The translations under genes were made by a program, and so were the position numbers. The notes under the pieces were generated by a model that was given only the letters and a program-made list of their open reading frames with translations, was not told where the DNA came from and did not search any database. This document shows positions 44,016-54,522 of a DNA stretch of 64,000 nt, one piece after another (position 1 is the stretch's first letter; each line of letters starts with the position of its first letter). The stretch covers positions 128,172 through 192,171 of the forward strand of contig JAYKHS010000011.1 in the NCBI GenBank assembly GCA_035285865.1, read 5' to 3'. Source of the DNA: Candidatus Sericytochromatia bacterium (lineage in GTDB: Bacteria > Cyanobacteriota > Sericytochromatia > S15B-MN24 > VGJW01).

Positions 44016-44936
44016 ATGTCCGCTTCCGCTCTGATACTTGCCGCAGCCCCAGCGTTGGCCAGCGGGTCTCTTCCAATCGACCGGCCGTTGGACACCCGAG
44101 AGGTCGAGGTTCGAATTGAAGTCAAGGATGCTTCTGGTTCAGAGCCTGTCCGTATCGAGCAGGAGGTCCGCAGGATGATTCGGGGCCAGGGCCCCGACGC
44201 CGCGCGCAAGCGCCCCGGTCCTCTGGACGGTTTCTGGTTCGACCTCGAGACGGGGCCGCTGCTGATCGTGCGGAACGATGCCCAGTACGGCCCGAACGAC
44301 GGCACCTTCTACACCGCCGGTGACGTGATGCAGAATCGCAACCTGCTGCCCTCGCTGCGGATAGTCGCCGAAGCACGCTTCTGGGACACGGAGAGCCTGG
44401 TCTTCCTGTACGCCCCTCTGGACCTCACGACCCGCGTGACGCTTCCCAAGGACATCACCTTTCAGGACACCACCTTTGCGCGGGGCACGGTCGTCGATGC
44501 CCGCTACAAGTTCGAGGGATGGCGTCTGTCATGGCTCCACCGCGTGGCCGGGACGTGGGAAGACGGATTCGAGATCGGCGTGACCAATCAGGTCCGTAAC
44601 GCCATCGTCTCGTTCTCCGATGTGCAGGGCCTCAAGTACGACGACGAGCAGGACATCGGCTGGGTGCCCGCCGTCAAGGTGCGCTGGCGGAAGCCCTTGC
44701 CCGATGGCATGTCCTTCGTTTGGGAGGCAGACGGCAGCTCCACGCTTGGCCTGCTGCCCGTCAAGGGTGGCCTGCTGGACACGGCAGCCACGCTCTTCAT
44801 TCCGCTCCAGAAGAAGCTGGACACCTTCTTTCGCGTGCGGTGGGTCAACGGCGGGGCCACGGTGGCCCAGCGCCGCATCTTCAACGACAGCGACTTCGCT
44901 GCCGGCCTCGTGGGCCTGCGCTGGCAGGTCCGCTAG
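44016..44936 (+). CDS. hypothetical exported protein, putative outer-membrane beta-barrel
   Basis: Signal-like N-terminus, amphipathic beta-strand pattern, C-terminal GLVGLRWQVR. Confidence 0.6.
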   Translation: MSASALILAAAPALASGSLPIDRPLDTREVEVRIEVKDASGSEPVRIEQEVRRMIRGQGPDAARKRPGPLDGFWFDLETGPLLIVRNDAQYGPNDGTFYTAGDVMQNRNLLPSLRIVAEARFWDTESLVFLYAPLDLTTRVTLPKDITFQDTTFARGTVVDARYKFEGWRLSWLHRVAGTWEDGFEIGVTNQVRNAIVSFSDVQGLKYDDEQDIGWVPAVKVRWRKPLPDGMSFVWEADGSSTLGLLPVKGGLLDTAATLFIPLQKKLDTFFRVRWVNGGATVAQRRIFNDSDFAAGLVGLRWQVR

Positions 44937-45087
44937 GCCGAAAGGCGCAACCGCAGGGTGCAACCGACGCTGGCTTGCGGCGCGAAACGTCGTCATGGCC
45001 TAGAATTGGGCAGTTGTTACCCTGCCTCTCCCTGCTGCGCCCGGCACGACGCTTGTGCGCCCCGGGCCTATCGATAGGAGTCCTGCC

Positions 45088-46569
45088 ATGTCGGCAACCT
45101 TGACCCTGCCCCAGACCACGCTGTGGATCGACGGTGCCTCCGTGACGGCCACTTCGGGACAGACCATGACGGTATCCAGTTCCGCCACCGAGGAAGTGAT
45201 TTCCGAGCTCGACATCGCAGGCAAGGAAGACGTCGATCGGGCCGTGGCCGCCGCGCGCAAGGCCTTTGGCCGCTGGGCGACCACTCCGGCCGGGAAGCGC
45301 ACGCGCATCCTCAACAAGGCCGCGGAACTGATTCGGGCGCGAGCAGGTGAGCTTGCCGAGCTCGAGAGCCGCAACAACGGCAAGCCCATGGCCCACTGCA
45401 AAGGCGAAATCATCTCGGGCGCCGAGGTATTCGAGTTCTTTGCCGGTGCCGCAACCAAGATTGTCGGTGAGACCGTGCCGACCATCGTGCCCGGCACGCT
45501 TTCGATGACCGTGAAGGAGCCCATCGGCGTCTGCGCCCAGATCATCCCGTGGAACTACCCCTTCATGATGGCCAGCTGGAAGCTCGCCCCGGCCTTGGCT
45601 GCCGGTTGTTGCGTGGTGCTCAAGCCATCCGAACTCACGCCGCTCACGGCCATGAAGCTGGCCGAGATTCTTGCCGAGGCCGGACTCCCTGCCGGCGTAC
45701 TGAATGTCGTGCACGGTCCCGGCGAGACCGTCGGCAATTGGCTGGTGACGCATCCCGGCGTGGACAAGGTAGCGTTCACGGGAGGCACCGAGACGGGCCG
45801 CGCCATCATGGCTGCAGCTGCCGGACGCCTGAAGCGCCTGACACTCGAGCTGGGCGGCAAGTCCCCCAGTGTCGTGTTTGCCGATGCCGACATCGAAGCC
45901 GTGGCCGCCGCCTCGGTGCACGCCATCTTCTACAGTGCCGGCCAATCCTGCGAGGCCCGCAGCCGTATCCTCGTCGAGCAGTCCGTGCTTGACCGCTTCG
46001 TCGAGGCCTTCGTGACCAAGGCGAGCAAGCTGGTCGTCGGGGATCCGACCCAGGACACGACGCACGTGGGCGCCCTGATCTCGGCCGACCACCTCGCCAA
46101 GGTCGATGGCTTCGTCCAGCGTGCGGTCGCTGCCGGAGCAACCGTGGCGCTCGGGGGCCGTCGGGCGGATGGCCAGGCGAAGGGGCATTTCTACATGCCG
46201 ACCGTGCTGACAGGCGTCACCCCGGAGCACGAGGTTTTCCAGAACGAGGTATTCGGTCCGGTCGTGACCATCACGCCATTTACTTCCGAAGCCGAAGCCC
46301 TGAAGCTTGCCAACGGCACCGACTACGGCCTATTCGCCTCCGTCTGGACCCGGGACCTGGCCCGCGGGCTGCGGGTTGCCCAGGGGATCAGTTCGGGTGG
46401 CGTTGGCTTGAACCAGCCTTTCACTGCCTTCTCTGGCCTGCCCTTCGGGGGAACCAAGCAGTCCGGACTCGGCCGCGAACTCTCCGTCCGCAGCCTTGAT
46501 GCCTACCTTGAGGAGAAGGCAATCATGATCAACACGACGGACAAGGTATTCAATCCGTTCGGGCTGTAG
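45088..46569 (+). CDS. aldehyde dehydrogenase family protein
   Basis: [47 protein letters not shown] plus ATG. Confidence 0.95.
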   Translation: MSATLTLPQTTLWIDGASVTATSGQTMTVSSSATEEVISELDIAGKEDVDRAVAAARKAFGRWATTPAGKRTRILNKAAELIRARAGELAELESRNNGKPMAHCKGEIISGAEVFEFFAGAATKIVGETVPTIVPGTLSMTVKEPIGVCAQIIPWNYPFMMASWKLAPALAAGCCVVLKPSELTPLTAMKLAEILAEAGLPAGVLNVVHGPGETVGNWLVTHPGVDKVAFTGGTETGRAIMAAAAGRLKRLTLELGGKSPSVVFADADIEAVAAASVHAIFYSAGQSCEARSRILVEQSVLDRFVEAFVTKASKLVVGDPTQDTTHVGALISADHLAKVDGFVQRAVAAGATVALGGRRADGQAKGHFYMPTVLTGVTPEHEVFQNEVFGPVVTITPFTSEAEALKLANGTDYGLFASVWTRDLARGLRVAQGISSGGVGLNQPFTAFSGLPFGGTKQSGLGRELSVRSLDAYLEEKAIMINTTDKVFNPFGL

Positions 46570-46643
46570 TGCCATCGGGTGCGGTCAGGCAGGATTTGCT
46601 TGCCCGACCGTGCCCCACCTCCCTGCTGCAGGACAACATCCAG

Positions 46644-47660
46644 ATGCGCATTTTCAATGACGTCACCGAATTGGCTGGACGTACCCCTCTCGTTCGCCTG
46701 AACCGCGTGACGATGGGCTGTCACGCCACTGTCGTGGCGAAGCTGGAAAAGTTCAACCCGATGCATTCCGTGAAGTGCCGCATCGGCGTCGCCATGATCG
46801 ATGGAGCCGAGCGTGAGGGGCGCATCCGACCGGGGAAGACGACGATCGTCGAGCCAACCAGCGGCAACACAGGGCTTGCCCTCGCCTATGTGGCTGCGGC
46901 TCGGGGCTATCGGCTCATCGTCACGATGCCGGAGACCGTCTCGATGGAGCGGCGCACCCTGCTGCTCTCACTGGGTGCCGAGGTGGTCCTGACACCGGGG
47001 CCGCTCGGCATGCCCGAGGCCATCCGCCGAGCACAGGAGATTCTTGCTGAGGGGCCGGATCGCTGGATGCCCATGCAGTTCGCCAATCCGGACAACCCGA
47101 AGGTGCATCGTGAAACGACGGCCGAGGAGGTCTGGCAGGATACGGAGGGGCAAGTCGATGTCCTCGTCGGTGGCATCGGGACGGGCGGCACCATGTCCGG
47201 CCTCTGGCAAGCCCTGCATGATCGCAAGCCCACGCTGCAGTTCATCGGGGTGGAACCTGTCGAAAGCGCGATTATTTCCGGGGGTACCCACGCGCCGCAT
47301 CGCATCCAGGGCATCGGCACCGGTTTCATACCGGACACGCTGGACCCGGGACTCGTTGCCGGCTGGCGGGATGGCGCGCGCGGTGAAGTGATGACCGTGT
47401 CAGGAGAGGACGCGATGCTGATGGCACGTCGCCTGGCGCGCGAGGAAGGCCTTCATGTCGGCATCAGCTGCGGCGCTGCTGCAGACTGCGCCATCCGCTA
47501 CGCCATGCGTCCCGAGACGGCTGGCAAGCTGGTGGTGGTCGTCCTGCCCGATCTGGGCGAGCGTTACCTGTCGACCCTGCTCTTCGCCGAAGAGCGCGCG
47601 GCAGCGGAAGCGCTGGTCCCGTCTCCGTCCGGCCAGACGACAGCGGCGCTGCCGGGTTGA
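46644..47660 (+). CDS. cysK: cysteine synthase A
   Basis: [13 protein letters not shown] (PLP Lys), [29 protein letters not shown]. Confidence 0.95.
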   Translation: MRIFNDVTELAGRTPLVRLNRVTMGCHATVVAKLEKFNPMHSVKCRIGVAMIDGAEREGRIRPGKTTIVEPTSGNTGLALAYVAAARGYRLIVTMPETVSMERRTLLLSLGAEVVLTPGPLGMPEAIRRAQEILAEGPDRWMPMQFANPDNPKVHRETTAEEVWQDTEGQVDVLVGGIGTGGTMSGLWQALHDRKPTLQFIGVEPVESAIISGGTHAPHRIQGIGTGFIPDTLDPGLVAGWRDGARGEVMTVSGEDAMLMARRLAREEGLHVGISCGAAADCAIRYAMRPETAGKLVVVVLPDLGERYLSTLLFAEERAAAEALVPSPSGQTTAALPG

Positions 47661-47662
47661 GC

Positions 47663-48250
47663 ATGTCCGTGCCCGGGTCCATTCGTGAGGTCGTGCAGGA
47701 CCTCCACGAAGTCGTCACCCGCATCCTGCGCGAGGATCCCGCTGCGCGCAGCCGGCTTGAGGTGTGGCTGTGCTACCCCTCGCTCCATGCCTTGGCCGGC
47801 CACAGGCTGGCCCACCACCTCTGGAGCCGTGGCCATCGCCTGGCTGCCCGACTGCTCTCCCAGTGCGTGCGTGGCCTGACGCTCATCGAGATCCATCCCG
47901 GCGCCCGCATCGGCAAGCGCTTCTTCATCGACCATGGGGCCGGGGTCGTCATTGGCGAGACGGCCGTCATCGGCGACGATGTCCTGCTCTACCATCAGGT
48001 GACGCTCGGCGGGGTATCCACCGAGCGCACGAAGCGGCACCCCACCCTGTCGGATCGCGTTGTCGTCGGAGCTGGCGCAGCCATTCTCGGGGACATCACC
48101 GTCGGGGAGGAGGCACGCATCGGCGCAGGCAGCGTGGTCCTCAAGGATGTCCCGGCCCGGGCAAGGGTCGTCGGGATACCCGGCAGGATCACCATGCCGG
48201 TGCGGGTACCGGATCTGCAGGAGACCTACGAACTCGGGGCCGGAATCTGA
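47663..48250 (+). CDS. cysE: serine O-acetyltransferase
   Basis: DPAARS, IEIHPGA.IG..FFIDHG, VTLGG, KRHPT. Confidence 0.94.
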   Translation: MSVPGSIREVVQDLHEVVTRILREDPAARSRLEVWLCYPSLHALAGHRLAHHLWSRGHRLAARLLSQCVRGLTLIEIHPGARIGKRFFIDHGAGVVIGETAVIGDDVLLYHQVTLGGVSTERTKRHPTLSDRVVVGAGAAILGDITVGEEARIGAGSVVLKDVPARARVVGIPGRITMPVRVPDLQETYELGAGI

Positions 48251-48283
48251 GTCCGGCCCCATCGTGTTGCCGCAGGCCGCGAG

Positions 48284-48493
48284 CTAGCCGCGACGACTGA
48301 AGCCAGCGCCCCGATTCGCCTCGTCGCCGAGCCTGCGGTCAAGCGCTCGAGTCGAGAAGTCGAGGTCGCGACTGACCGCCCTCGGAAGCGCCTCCGACGC
48401 CGGACGCAGACTGCCTGCAGCTGCCCTCGCCTGTGCCAGAGCCGCCAGTCCGCCTGCCAATGGTGCCGTCACACCGCGCCCTGCGAGATTCAT
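48284..48493 (-). CDS. hypothetical small protein (69 aa)
   Basis: Strong GAGGAGG RBS before ATG at 48493; fills the gap between cysE and the ATPase. Confidence 0.5.
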   Translation of the reverse strand: MNLAGRGVTAPLAGGLAALAQARAAAGSLRPASEALPRAVSRDLDFSTRALDRRLGDEANRGAGFSRRG

Positions 48494-48591
48494 GTTCCGC
48501 CCTCCTCTACCGAGAGGCTCATCGTCCAGTGCGACTTGGCCGACGCTAGATTTCACAACCACACAATCACCCGCTGGCCTCTCTCCGGATC

Positions 48592-51129
48592 ATGGCAGTG
48601 GTGCATGTGCCTCCTTCCGCCCCCCATCCCGGCCTGAGTGCCGAGGAAGCAGGAACCAGGCTGCTTCGAGACGGTCCGAACGAGCTGCCTGCCCGACGGG
48701 CCAGTGACCTCTGGGCCCGCTTGCGCGGCCTGCTCGAGGAGCCGATGTTGCTGCTGCTGGCCGGCACGACGGTACTCTATGCACTCCTCGGCTCACGCGA
48801 GGATGCTCTGGCCATGGCGATCGGTGTCGGATTCGTGATGGGGATGAGCATCTTTCAGCAGGGACGAGCCCATCGCGCGCTCGAGGCCCTGCGTGCCGAA
48901 GCCCGACCTTGGACCCTCGCGCTGCGCGACGCGAGAGCCACCCGCGTGCTCGCACGCGATCTGGTGGTGGGGGACTGGATTGTCGTCTCGGCCGGAGAAC
49001 GGATGGCAGCCGATGCGATTCTTCGCGAAGGCAAGGACGTTCGGGTCGACGAAAGTCTTCTTACCGGGGAAGCCATGCCTGTCGAGAAGGTCTGTCGGCC
49101 AAGCGGCGGATATCAGGATCGCTCGGGCGGAACGGACCCCGCGCTGCTGCGGGCCGGGACCCTCCTCCGTTCCGGGCGTGGTCTGGCCGAGGTGATTCGG
49201 ACGGGCAGGCGCAGCGAGGCCGGACGCATCGGGGCCAGTCTCGAGACCATCGAAGGAGCGACGCCGCGGCGTGACTCCGCCGTCCAACGCATGGTGGGCC
49301 AGTTGTCGTGGCTGGCCTTCTGGGCCTGTGCCTTCGCCACCGTCACCCACGCGTTACGGCAAGGAGGCACGCTCCTGGCGTGGCGAGACGGCGCGCTCGC
49401 CGGCATGGCGCTTGCCATCTCCCTGATCCCCAAGGAACTCCCGGTGGTCACCACCATATTCCTGGCCCTTGGTGCGTGGCGACTGACCCGCGCAAGGGTT
49501 CTGACCCGCCGTCTGATGTGCCTCGCCACGCTGGGGAATACCGACGTCCTCTGTGTGGACAAAACCGGCACCCTGACGATGAATCGCATGGCACTTGTCA
49601 TTCCGGATGATCAGGAAGCGAAGGCCGACGCCCCGTGGTCACCGGTCGAACTCGGCCTTCTCGCCTCACCGCCAGAGGCGGATGACCCCATGGAACAGGC
49701 TCTGGGCGAGGCCTGGCTGGCCCGGAAACAAGAGGCATGGCGGCCACCCGCGGGATGGCATCCGCAGACATCCGTGAGGCCCGGTAGTGGATGGATGGGG
49801 TCACAGATGACGTGGCTCGATGCATCGGGCGCCATCGTCCTCGAGGCAGCCAAGGGTGCCCCGGAACAGCTGCTTGCGATGTGTCCGATGTCTCCGAGCG
49901 CACGGCAGGCCATTCTTGCAGAGGTCACGAGCCTCGCAGTCCAGGGCAAGCGGGTGCTCGGTATCGCGTGGGCCCGCCCGGCAGCCAGCGATCCGGCAGC
50001 GGATTGCCCCGTCTGGTTCTGGGGCGGCCTGCTCGCCTTTGACGACCCGCTACGGCCTGGGGTGGCGGCTGCCGTGGCGAGGTGTCGCGAGGCTGGCATC
50101 CGCGTCATCATGCTCACGGGCGACCACCCTGCCACTGCCCTTGCCAAGGCTGCCGAAGCGGGCATCGACACGACGAGCGGCTGTGCCTCGGGCAGCACCA
50201 TCCGGACCATGTCCTCGGATCAACTTCGGCAACTGCTCACGGGCAGGCACGTCTTCGCACGCGTTCATCCGGAAGACAAGTTGCGCCTTGTTCAGGCGCT
50301 GCAGGCTGATGGCTGCCGCGTCACGATGACGGGAGACGGGGTCAATGATGCTCCTGCCCTGCTTGCCGCACAGGTCGGAGTCGCGATGGGCAAGCGCGGC
50401 TCGGACGTTGCCCGGGAATCTGCAGATCTGATTCTGCTCGAGGATGACTTCCCCGCGCTCGTATCGGCCATTGCCGAAGCCCGGACGATCCACAGCAGGC
50501 TGCGACGCGCGGCGTCCTTCATCGTCTCGGCACATATCCCCATCGCCACCCTCGCACTTCTGCCGGCCGTGGCACCTTCGCTGCCGCTGATCCTGCTGCC
50601 CATCCATCTGGTGCTGCTCGAGGGGATCATCGATCCTTCGTGCACCCTCGTGCTTGAGGCAGACAAGGAGGACGACGACGTGATGAAGCAAACACCCCGC
50701 GCAGATGACGCCCCTCTGCTCGAGCCGCATGCCTTGCGACTTGCCGTGTCACGAGGGCTTGCTGCCTCGATCGGATCCCTCGCAGCCACGCTGTTCACGT
50801 GGCAGGCCAGTGGGCAGGCGGACATGGCAAGGACGGCGGGTTTCCTGTGCCTGATCGCAACGCTGCCGATGATCCTGCACGTCTCCAGGGGGCCTGCTCG
50901 CAGAGGTCCGCTCACGAACCCGGCCTTTGCCCTGCTGCTGCTCGTCATTGCCGCCGGGACTGGCTTGGTGAGCCGCTTCCCCATCCTGCAGCACGCGCTC
51001 CACCTCGCCAGCGTGCCCGGGGCCCAAGCAGTCGCGATCGGCTGCATGCTCACCGCGACCCTCGGTGTCATCCGGCTGAGCTCGGCAGAAGATATGCCCC
51101 CACACGCAGCGAGGCCGGGGGCGGCCTGA
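48592..51129 (+). CDS. cation-transporting P-type ATPase (P2-like)
   Basis: GPNEL, DESLLTGEA, DKTGTLT, KGAPE, MLTGD, TGDGVNDAPAL. Confidence 0.93.
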   Translation: MAVVHVPPSAPHPGLSAEEAGTRLLRDGPNELPARRASDLWARLRGLLEEPMLLLLAGTTVLYALLGSREDALAMAIGVGFVMGMSIFQQGRAHRALEALRAEARPWTLALRDARATRVLARDLVVGDWIVVSAGERMAADAILREGKDVRVDESLLTGEAMPVEKVCRPSGGYQDRSGGTDPALLRAGTLLRSGRGLAEVIRTGRRSEAGRIGASLETIEGATPRRDSAVQRMVGQLSWLAFWACAFATVTHALRQGGTLLAWRDGALAGMALAISLIPKELPVVTTIFLALGAWRLTRARVLTRRLMCLATLGNTDVLCVDKTGTLTMNRMALVIPDDQEAKADAPWSPVELGLLASPPEADDPMEQALGEAWLARKQEAWRPPAGWHPQTSVRPGSGWMGSQMTWLDASGAIVLEAAKGAPEQLLAMCPMSPSARQAILAEVTSLAVQGKRVLGIAWARPAASDPAADCPVWFWGGLLAFDDPLRPGVAAAVARCREAGIRVIMLTGDHPATALAKAAEAGIDTTSGCASGSTIRTMSSDQLRQLLTGRHVFARVHPEDKLRLVQALQADGCRVTMTGDGVNDAPALLAAQVGVAMGKRGSDVARESADLILLEDDFPALVSAIAEARTIHSRLRRAASFIVSAHIPIATLALLPAVAPSLPLILLPIHLVLLEGIIDPSCTLVLEADKEDDDVMKQTPRADDAPLLEPHALRLAVSRGLAASIGSLAATLFTWQASGQADMARTAGFLCLIATLPMILHVSRGPARRGPLTNPAFALLLLVIAAGTGLVSRFPILQHALHLASVPGAQAVAIGCMLTATLGVIRLSSAEDMPPHAARPGAA

Positions 51130-51151
51130 GCCCTCCCCGGCCCGACCAAGT

Positions 51152-51748
51152 TCAAGCCGTTACAGCGCCGAAGTGCTTCGTGGCGGCCTCACGGACCTGA
51201 TCGAGGTAGCCCTTGCGCGTCGCTTCATCGACCGAGGGCACCGCACCGAAGAAAAGATGCTCGACGACTTCCATCCCGCAGAACGCGAAGATACCGGCGT
51301 CCTGGGTCTGTCGCAGCGAATCGTGCATCCCGATGGACGCATAGATGTCGGACGGCGTTCCGTGATTGCTGACCAGCAGGACCTTTCTGCCCTTCAGCAA
51401 GCCTTCGACACCTTCGGCACCGTACTGATAGGCGAATCCATAGAGGAAGACGCGATCGACGTAACCCTTCAGGATGGCGGGAAGGCCGGTCCACCAGACC
51501 GGGGCAACAACCGTGATGGCATCAGCCCACGAGACATGGCCCTGCTCCTCCACGATGTCCGCAGGCAGGCTGCCCGCCTTCATGGCCACGAAGTCGCTGC
51601 CCTTGAGCACGGGCTGGAAGTCCATGGCGTAGAGATCACGCACGACGACTTCCCCACCTTGAGCCTTGTACGCCTCCGCGAGGGTCTCCTTCATCGCGTG
51701 GGAGAGACTTGCCGGATTGGGATGTGCGTAGAGGATGAGGTGCTTCAC
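51152..51748 (-). CDS. NAD(P)H-dependent oxidoreductase (flavodoxin-fold quinone reductase)
   Basis: YAHP..S, VRDLY, PVWWTGLPAILKGYVDRV. AGGAG plus GTG. Confidence 0.92.
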   Translation of the reverse strand: MKHLILYAHPNPASLSHAMKETLAEAYKAQGGEVVVRDLYAMDFQPVLKGSDFVAMKAGSLPADIVEEQGHVSWADAITVVAPVWWTGLPAILKGYVDRVFLYGFAYQYGAEGVEGLLKGRKVLLVSNHGTPSDIYASIGMHDSLRQTQDAGIFAFCGMEVVEHLFFGAVPSVDEATRKGYLDQVREAATKHFGAVTA

Positions 51749-51827
51749 GAAGGGTCTCCTTTGGGGGGCACACCGGGAACAGTCGGCAACGATACGCGAG
51801 GCAGGGAAGCTTGTCCACGGGCGCTCA

Positions 51828-52682
51828 TCACCCCAGCCTGTAGAGCTCCGTCGCATTGCGCGCCGTGGCTGCCCCCAATGCCTCTACAGTCGTGCCACGC
51901 AACTCTGCCAGCACTTCCAGCACCCTGACGACCCAGGCAGGTTCGTTCCGCTTGCCCCGATAGGGCGGCGGCGCCAGGAACGGGGCGTCGGTCTCGACCA
52001 GCAGGCGCGCCTCGGGTACCCACGCTGCCACCTCCCGGAGCTCTCCTGCCTTGGGGAAGGTGACAATCCCGCTGAAGGAAACGTGAAGGCCCCGTTCCAC
52101 GGCGGCTCGGGCCATGGACATGGTTCCCGTGAAGCAGTGAAGAACACCGCCACGGGCCGGAAGGCCCACGTCATCAAGGATGCGGAGCGTATCGTCCTCG
52201 GCGAGGCGCGTGTGGATGACGACGGGCTTGTCCAGACGGGCAGCAAGGCGCAACTGGGCGGCGAATGCCTCCTGCTGCAGCTCCCGGGGGCTGTGGTCAT
52301 AATGATAATCAAGGCCGCATTCCCCCACGGCGACTGCCTTCGGATGGGCGAGGGCACGCTCCAGCAGGGCAGCGACCTCTGGCCCCCAGTCCTTGGCCTC
52401 ATGCGGATGAAGCCCGAACGCCGACCAAAGTCCGGGAACACGGTCCAGCAACCGCAGCAGGCCCGGCACCTCGTCCGGACGGCAACTGGCGGCAATCATG
52501 CGACCGACGCCTGCTGCGCGCGCCCGCAAGAGAAGTTCGTCGATCTCGGCATCGATCCGCGACTGGTCGGCCAGAGACGCATCCGCCGCATCACGCCCCC
52601 AGCCCGGCAGCATGTCGAGGTGACAGTGACTATCGATCCAGGGGGCTTCCGTCGGTATCCCCGATCCGGCCGAGCTGATCAA
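51828..52682 (-). CDS. tatD: TatD family hydrolase
   Basis: IDSHCHL, GLHPH, VGECGLDY, IHTR, LHCF, VETDAPFL; directly follows metG. Confidence 0.93.
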   Translation of the reverse strand: MISSAGSGIPTEAPWIDSHCHLDMLPGWGRDAADASLADQSRIDAEIDELLLRARAAGVGRMIAASCRPDEVPGLLRLLDRVPGLWSAFGLHPHEAKDWGPEVAALLERALAHPKAVAVGECGLDYHYDHSPRELQQEAFAAQLRLAARLDKPVVIHTRLAEDDTLRILDDVGLPARGGVLHCFTGTMSMARAAVERGLHVSFSGIVTFPKAGELREVAAWVPEARLLVETDAPFLAPPPYRGKRNEPAWVVRVLEVLAELRGTTVEALGAATARNATELYRLG

Positions 52683-54232
52683 GCCTTGGCCCCCTTGGCA
52701 GCCGCGGCACCGATGCGGGGATAGACGGGCCCCGTACGCACCAGCTCGAAGACCCGCCCGACTCGGCCATCGAAGACCGTATCAACCCAGCGTGCATCAA
52801 CGAGGCTGTCGCCCGGGCCCAGCTGCTCCCAGAGTTTGCCGGCGAGGCCGGGGATCGCGGGAGAGGCCATGATGGCCGCAACGCGCAGGCTTTCGAAGAC
52901 TCCCCAAAGCACCTGCTGCAGCAGGGCGAGATCCCCCGCCTTGGCGAGGGCCCACGGGGCCATCCGGTCGATGAAGAGATTGATCTCGTCAAGCAAGGAC
53001 CACACGGCCGCAAGCGCCTCGTGCAAGGCCAGACGTTCCATCGCCTCTCGGTGGGCCTCCCGGGCCCTGCCGGCCGCCTCGGCCAGGACGCGGATCTCGT
53101 CTCCCAGTTCGGACGGGCGCTCGATGCGCATCGCGAAATGCCGCTCAGCGAAGGTCAGCATCCGATGCAGGGCGTTGCCGAAATTGTTCGCGAGATCCGA
53201 GTTCACGCGATTCTCGAACGCCTCTTGCGTGAACTCGCCATCCTTGCCGAAAACGATTTCACGCAACAGATAGTAGCGCAGGGCATCCGCACCGTACTCG
53301 CGCGCCATGTCGACCGGATCGACAACAATCCCCGTCGTCTTCGACATCTTCTCCTGGCCGACCAGGACCCAGCCGTGGGCGTAGACCTTCCGGGGGAGTG
53401 GCAAGTCAAGCGCGAGCAGCAAGGCGGGCCAGATGATGGCGTGGAACTTCGTGATGTCCTTGCCGACAAGATGCAGGTCCGCAGGCCACCACCGGCTGAA
53501 CGACTTCTCGTCCGTCATGTAGCCGATACCCGAGAGGTAGTTGGACAGTGCATCGATCCAGACATAGACGACATGGTCGGGATCCTCGGCGACCGGCACG
53601 CCCCACCTCAGGCTCTGACGCGATACGGAAACGTCCGGAAAGCCCTCCAGGAGATTCAGGGTCTCGCGGCAACGACCTTCCGGCTCGAGCGGCCGGCTGT
53701 CACTCTCGAGCCACGCTCGGACCCTGTCCTTGTAGCGGGAGACGAGGAACACGTAGTTCTCCTCGCTCTGCCACTCCGTGGGTGCCCCGTGGACGGGGCA
53801 GCAGCGATCCTCCGCCATGTCGCGTTCCAGCTTGAACTCCTCGCACGAACGGCAGTACCAGCCCTCATAGCGCGCCTTGGTGATGTCGCCCTGCTGCAGG
53901 AGGCGCGAGAAGATACGCTGGACCATCGCCTCATGGTCGGCGTCCGTCGTCCGAATGAATCGGTCTGGAACAATCCCGAGCAATGCCCACGCCTCTTTGA
54001 ACTGCCCGGCCTTCTCGTCGCACCAGGCAGCCGGAGAGACACCGGCCTCCCGGGCCACCTTCTCGATCTTGGCACCGTGCTCGTCCGTACCAGTAAGGTA
54101 GAAGACATCATCCGCCCCCAGCAGCAAGCGCTGATGGCGCGCAATCATGTCGGCGGCGATCTTCTCGTAGGCATGCCCCAGGTGGGGACGACCGTTGACG
54201 TAATCGATGGCGGTGGTGACGTAGTAGGACAA
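52679..54232 (-). CDS. metG: methionine--tRNA ligase (short form, no C-terminal tRNA-binding domain)
   Basis: TTAIDYVN..HLGH, GTDEHG, YVWIDAL, KMSKT, DLANNFGN. Confidence 0.96.
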   Translation of the reverse strand: MSYYVTTAIDYVNGRPHLGHAYEKIAADMIARHQRLLLGADDVFYLTGTDEHGAKIEKVAREAGVSPAAWCDEKAGQFKEAWALLGIVPDRFIRTTDADHEAMVQRIFSRLLQQGDITKARYEGWYCRSCEEFKLERDMAEDRCCPVHGAPTEWQSEENYVFLVSRYKDRVRAWLESDSRPLEPEGRCRETLNLLEGFPDVSVSRQSLRWGVPVAEDPDHVVYVWIDALSNYLSGIGYMTDEKSFSRWWPADLHLVGKDITKFHAIIWPALLLALDLPLPRKVYAHGWVLVGQEKMSKTTGIVVDPVDMAREYGADALRYYLLREIVFGKDGEFTQEAFENRVNSDLANNFGNALHRMLTFAERHFAMRIERPSELGDEIRVLAEAAGRAREAHREAMERLALHEALAAVWSLLDEINLFIDRMAPWALAKAGDLALLQQVLWGVFESLRVAAIMASPAIPGLAGKLWEQLGPGDSLVDARWVDTVFDGRVGRVFELVRTGPVYPRIGAAAAKGAKA

Positions 54233-54271
54233 GGCACGCTCCAGAAAGACCTTACAAAGGGCTGAGCCCCA

Positions 54272-54280
54272 TGCTATCCT
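54272..54280 (+). promoter_or_regulatory. extended -10 promoter of tRNA-Phe
   Basis: TG-C-TATCCT, 10 nt upstream of the tRNA. Confidence 0.55.
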
Positions 54281-54290
54281 TTGATTCCAC

Positions 54291-54363
54291 GGCGCGGTAG
54301 CTCAGTTGGTAGAGCACTAGACTGAAAATCTGGGTGTCGGCGGTTCGATTCCGCCCTGCGCCA
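54291..54363 (+). tRNA. tRNA-Phe (GAA)
   Basis: GGCGCGG/CTGCGCC acceptor, CTAGA-CTGAAAA-TCTGG anticodon arm, GGTTCGATTCC T-arm; followed by CCT. Confidence 0.96.
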
Positions 54364-54370
54364 CCTTTCC

Positions 54371-54399
54371 GGCCCCGGCCCTTGCGGTCGGGGTCTTTT
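54371..54399 (+). terminator. intrinsic terminator of tRNA-Phe
   Basis: GGCCCCGGCC-CTTGC-GGTCGGGGTC-TTTT. Confidence 0.8.
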
Positions 54400-54522
54400 G
54401 CTTGGGCTTGCACGCGTGTCATGCCGTATTCCGTTCCGATTAAATGTTGCGCAAGGACCGCAAGTCCTCCGGACAATCCCCAGGGACAGGGGGCACTGAG
54501 CGGCGAGAGCCTGGAGGGCTGG

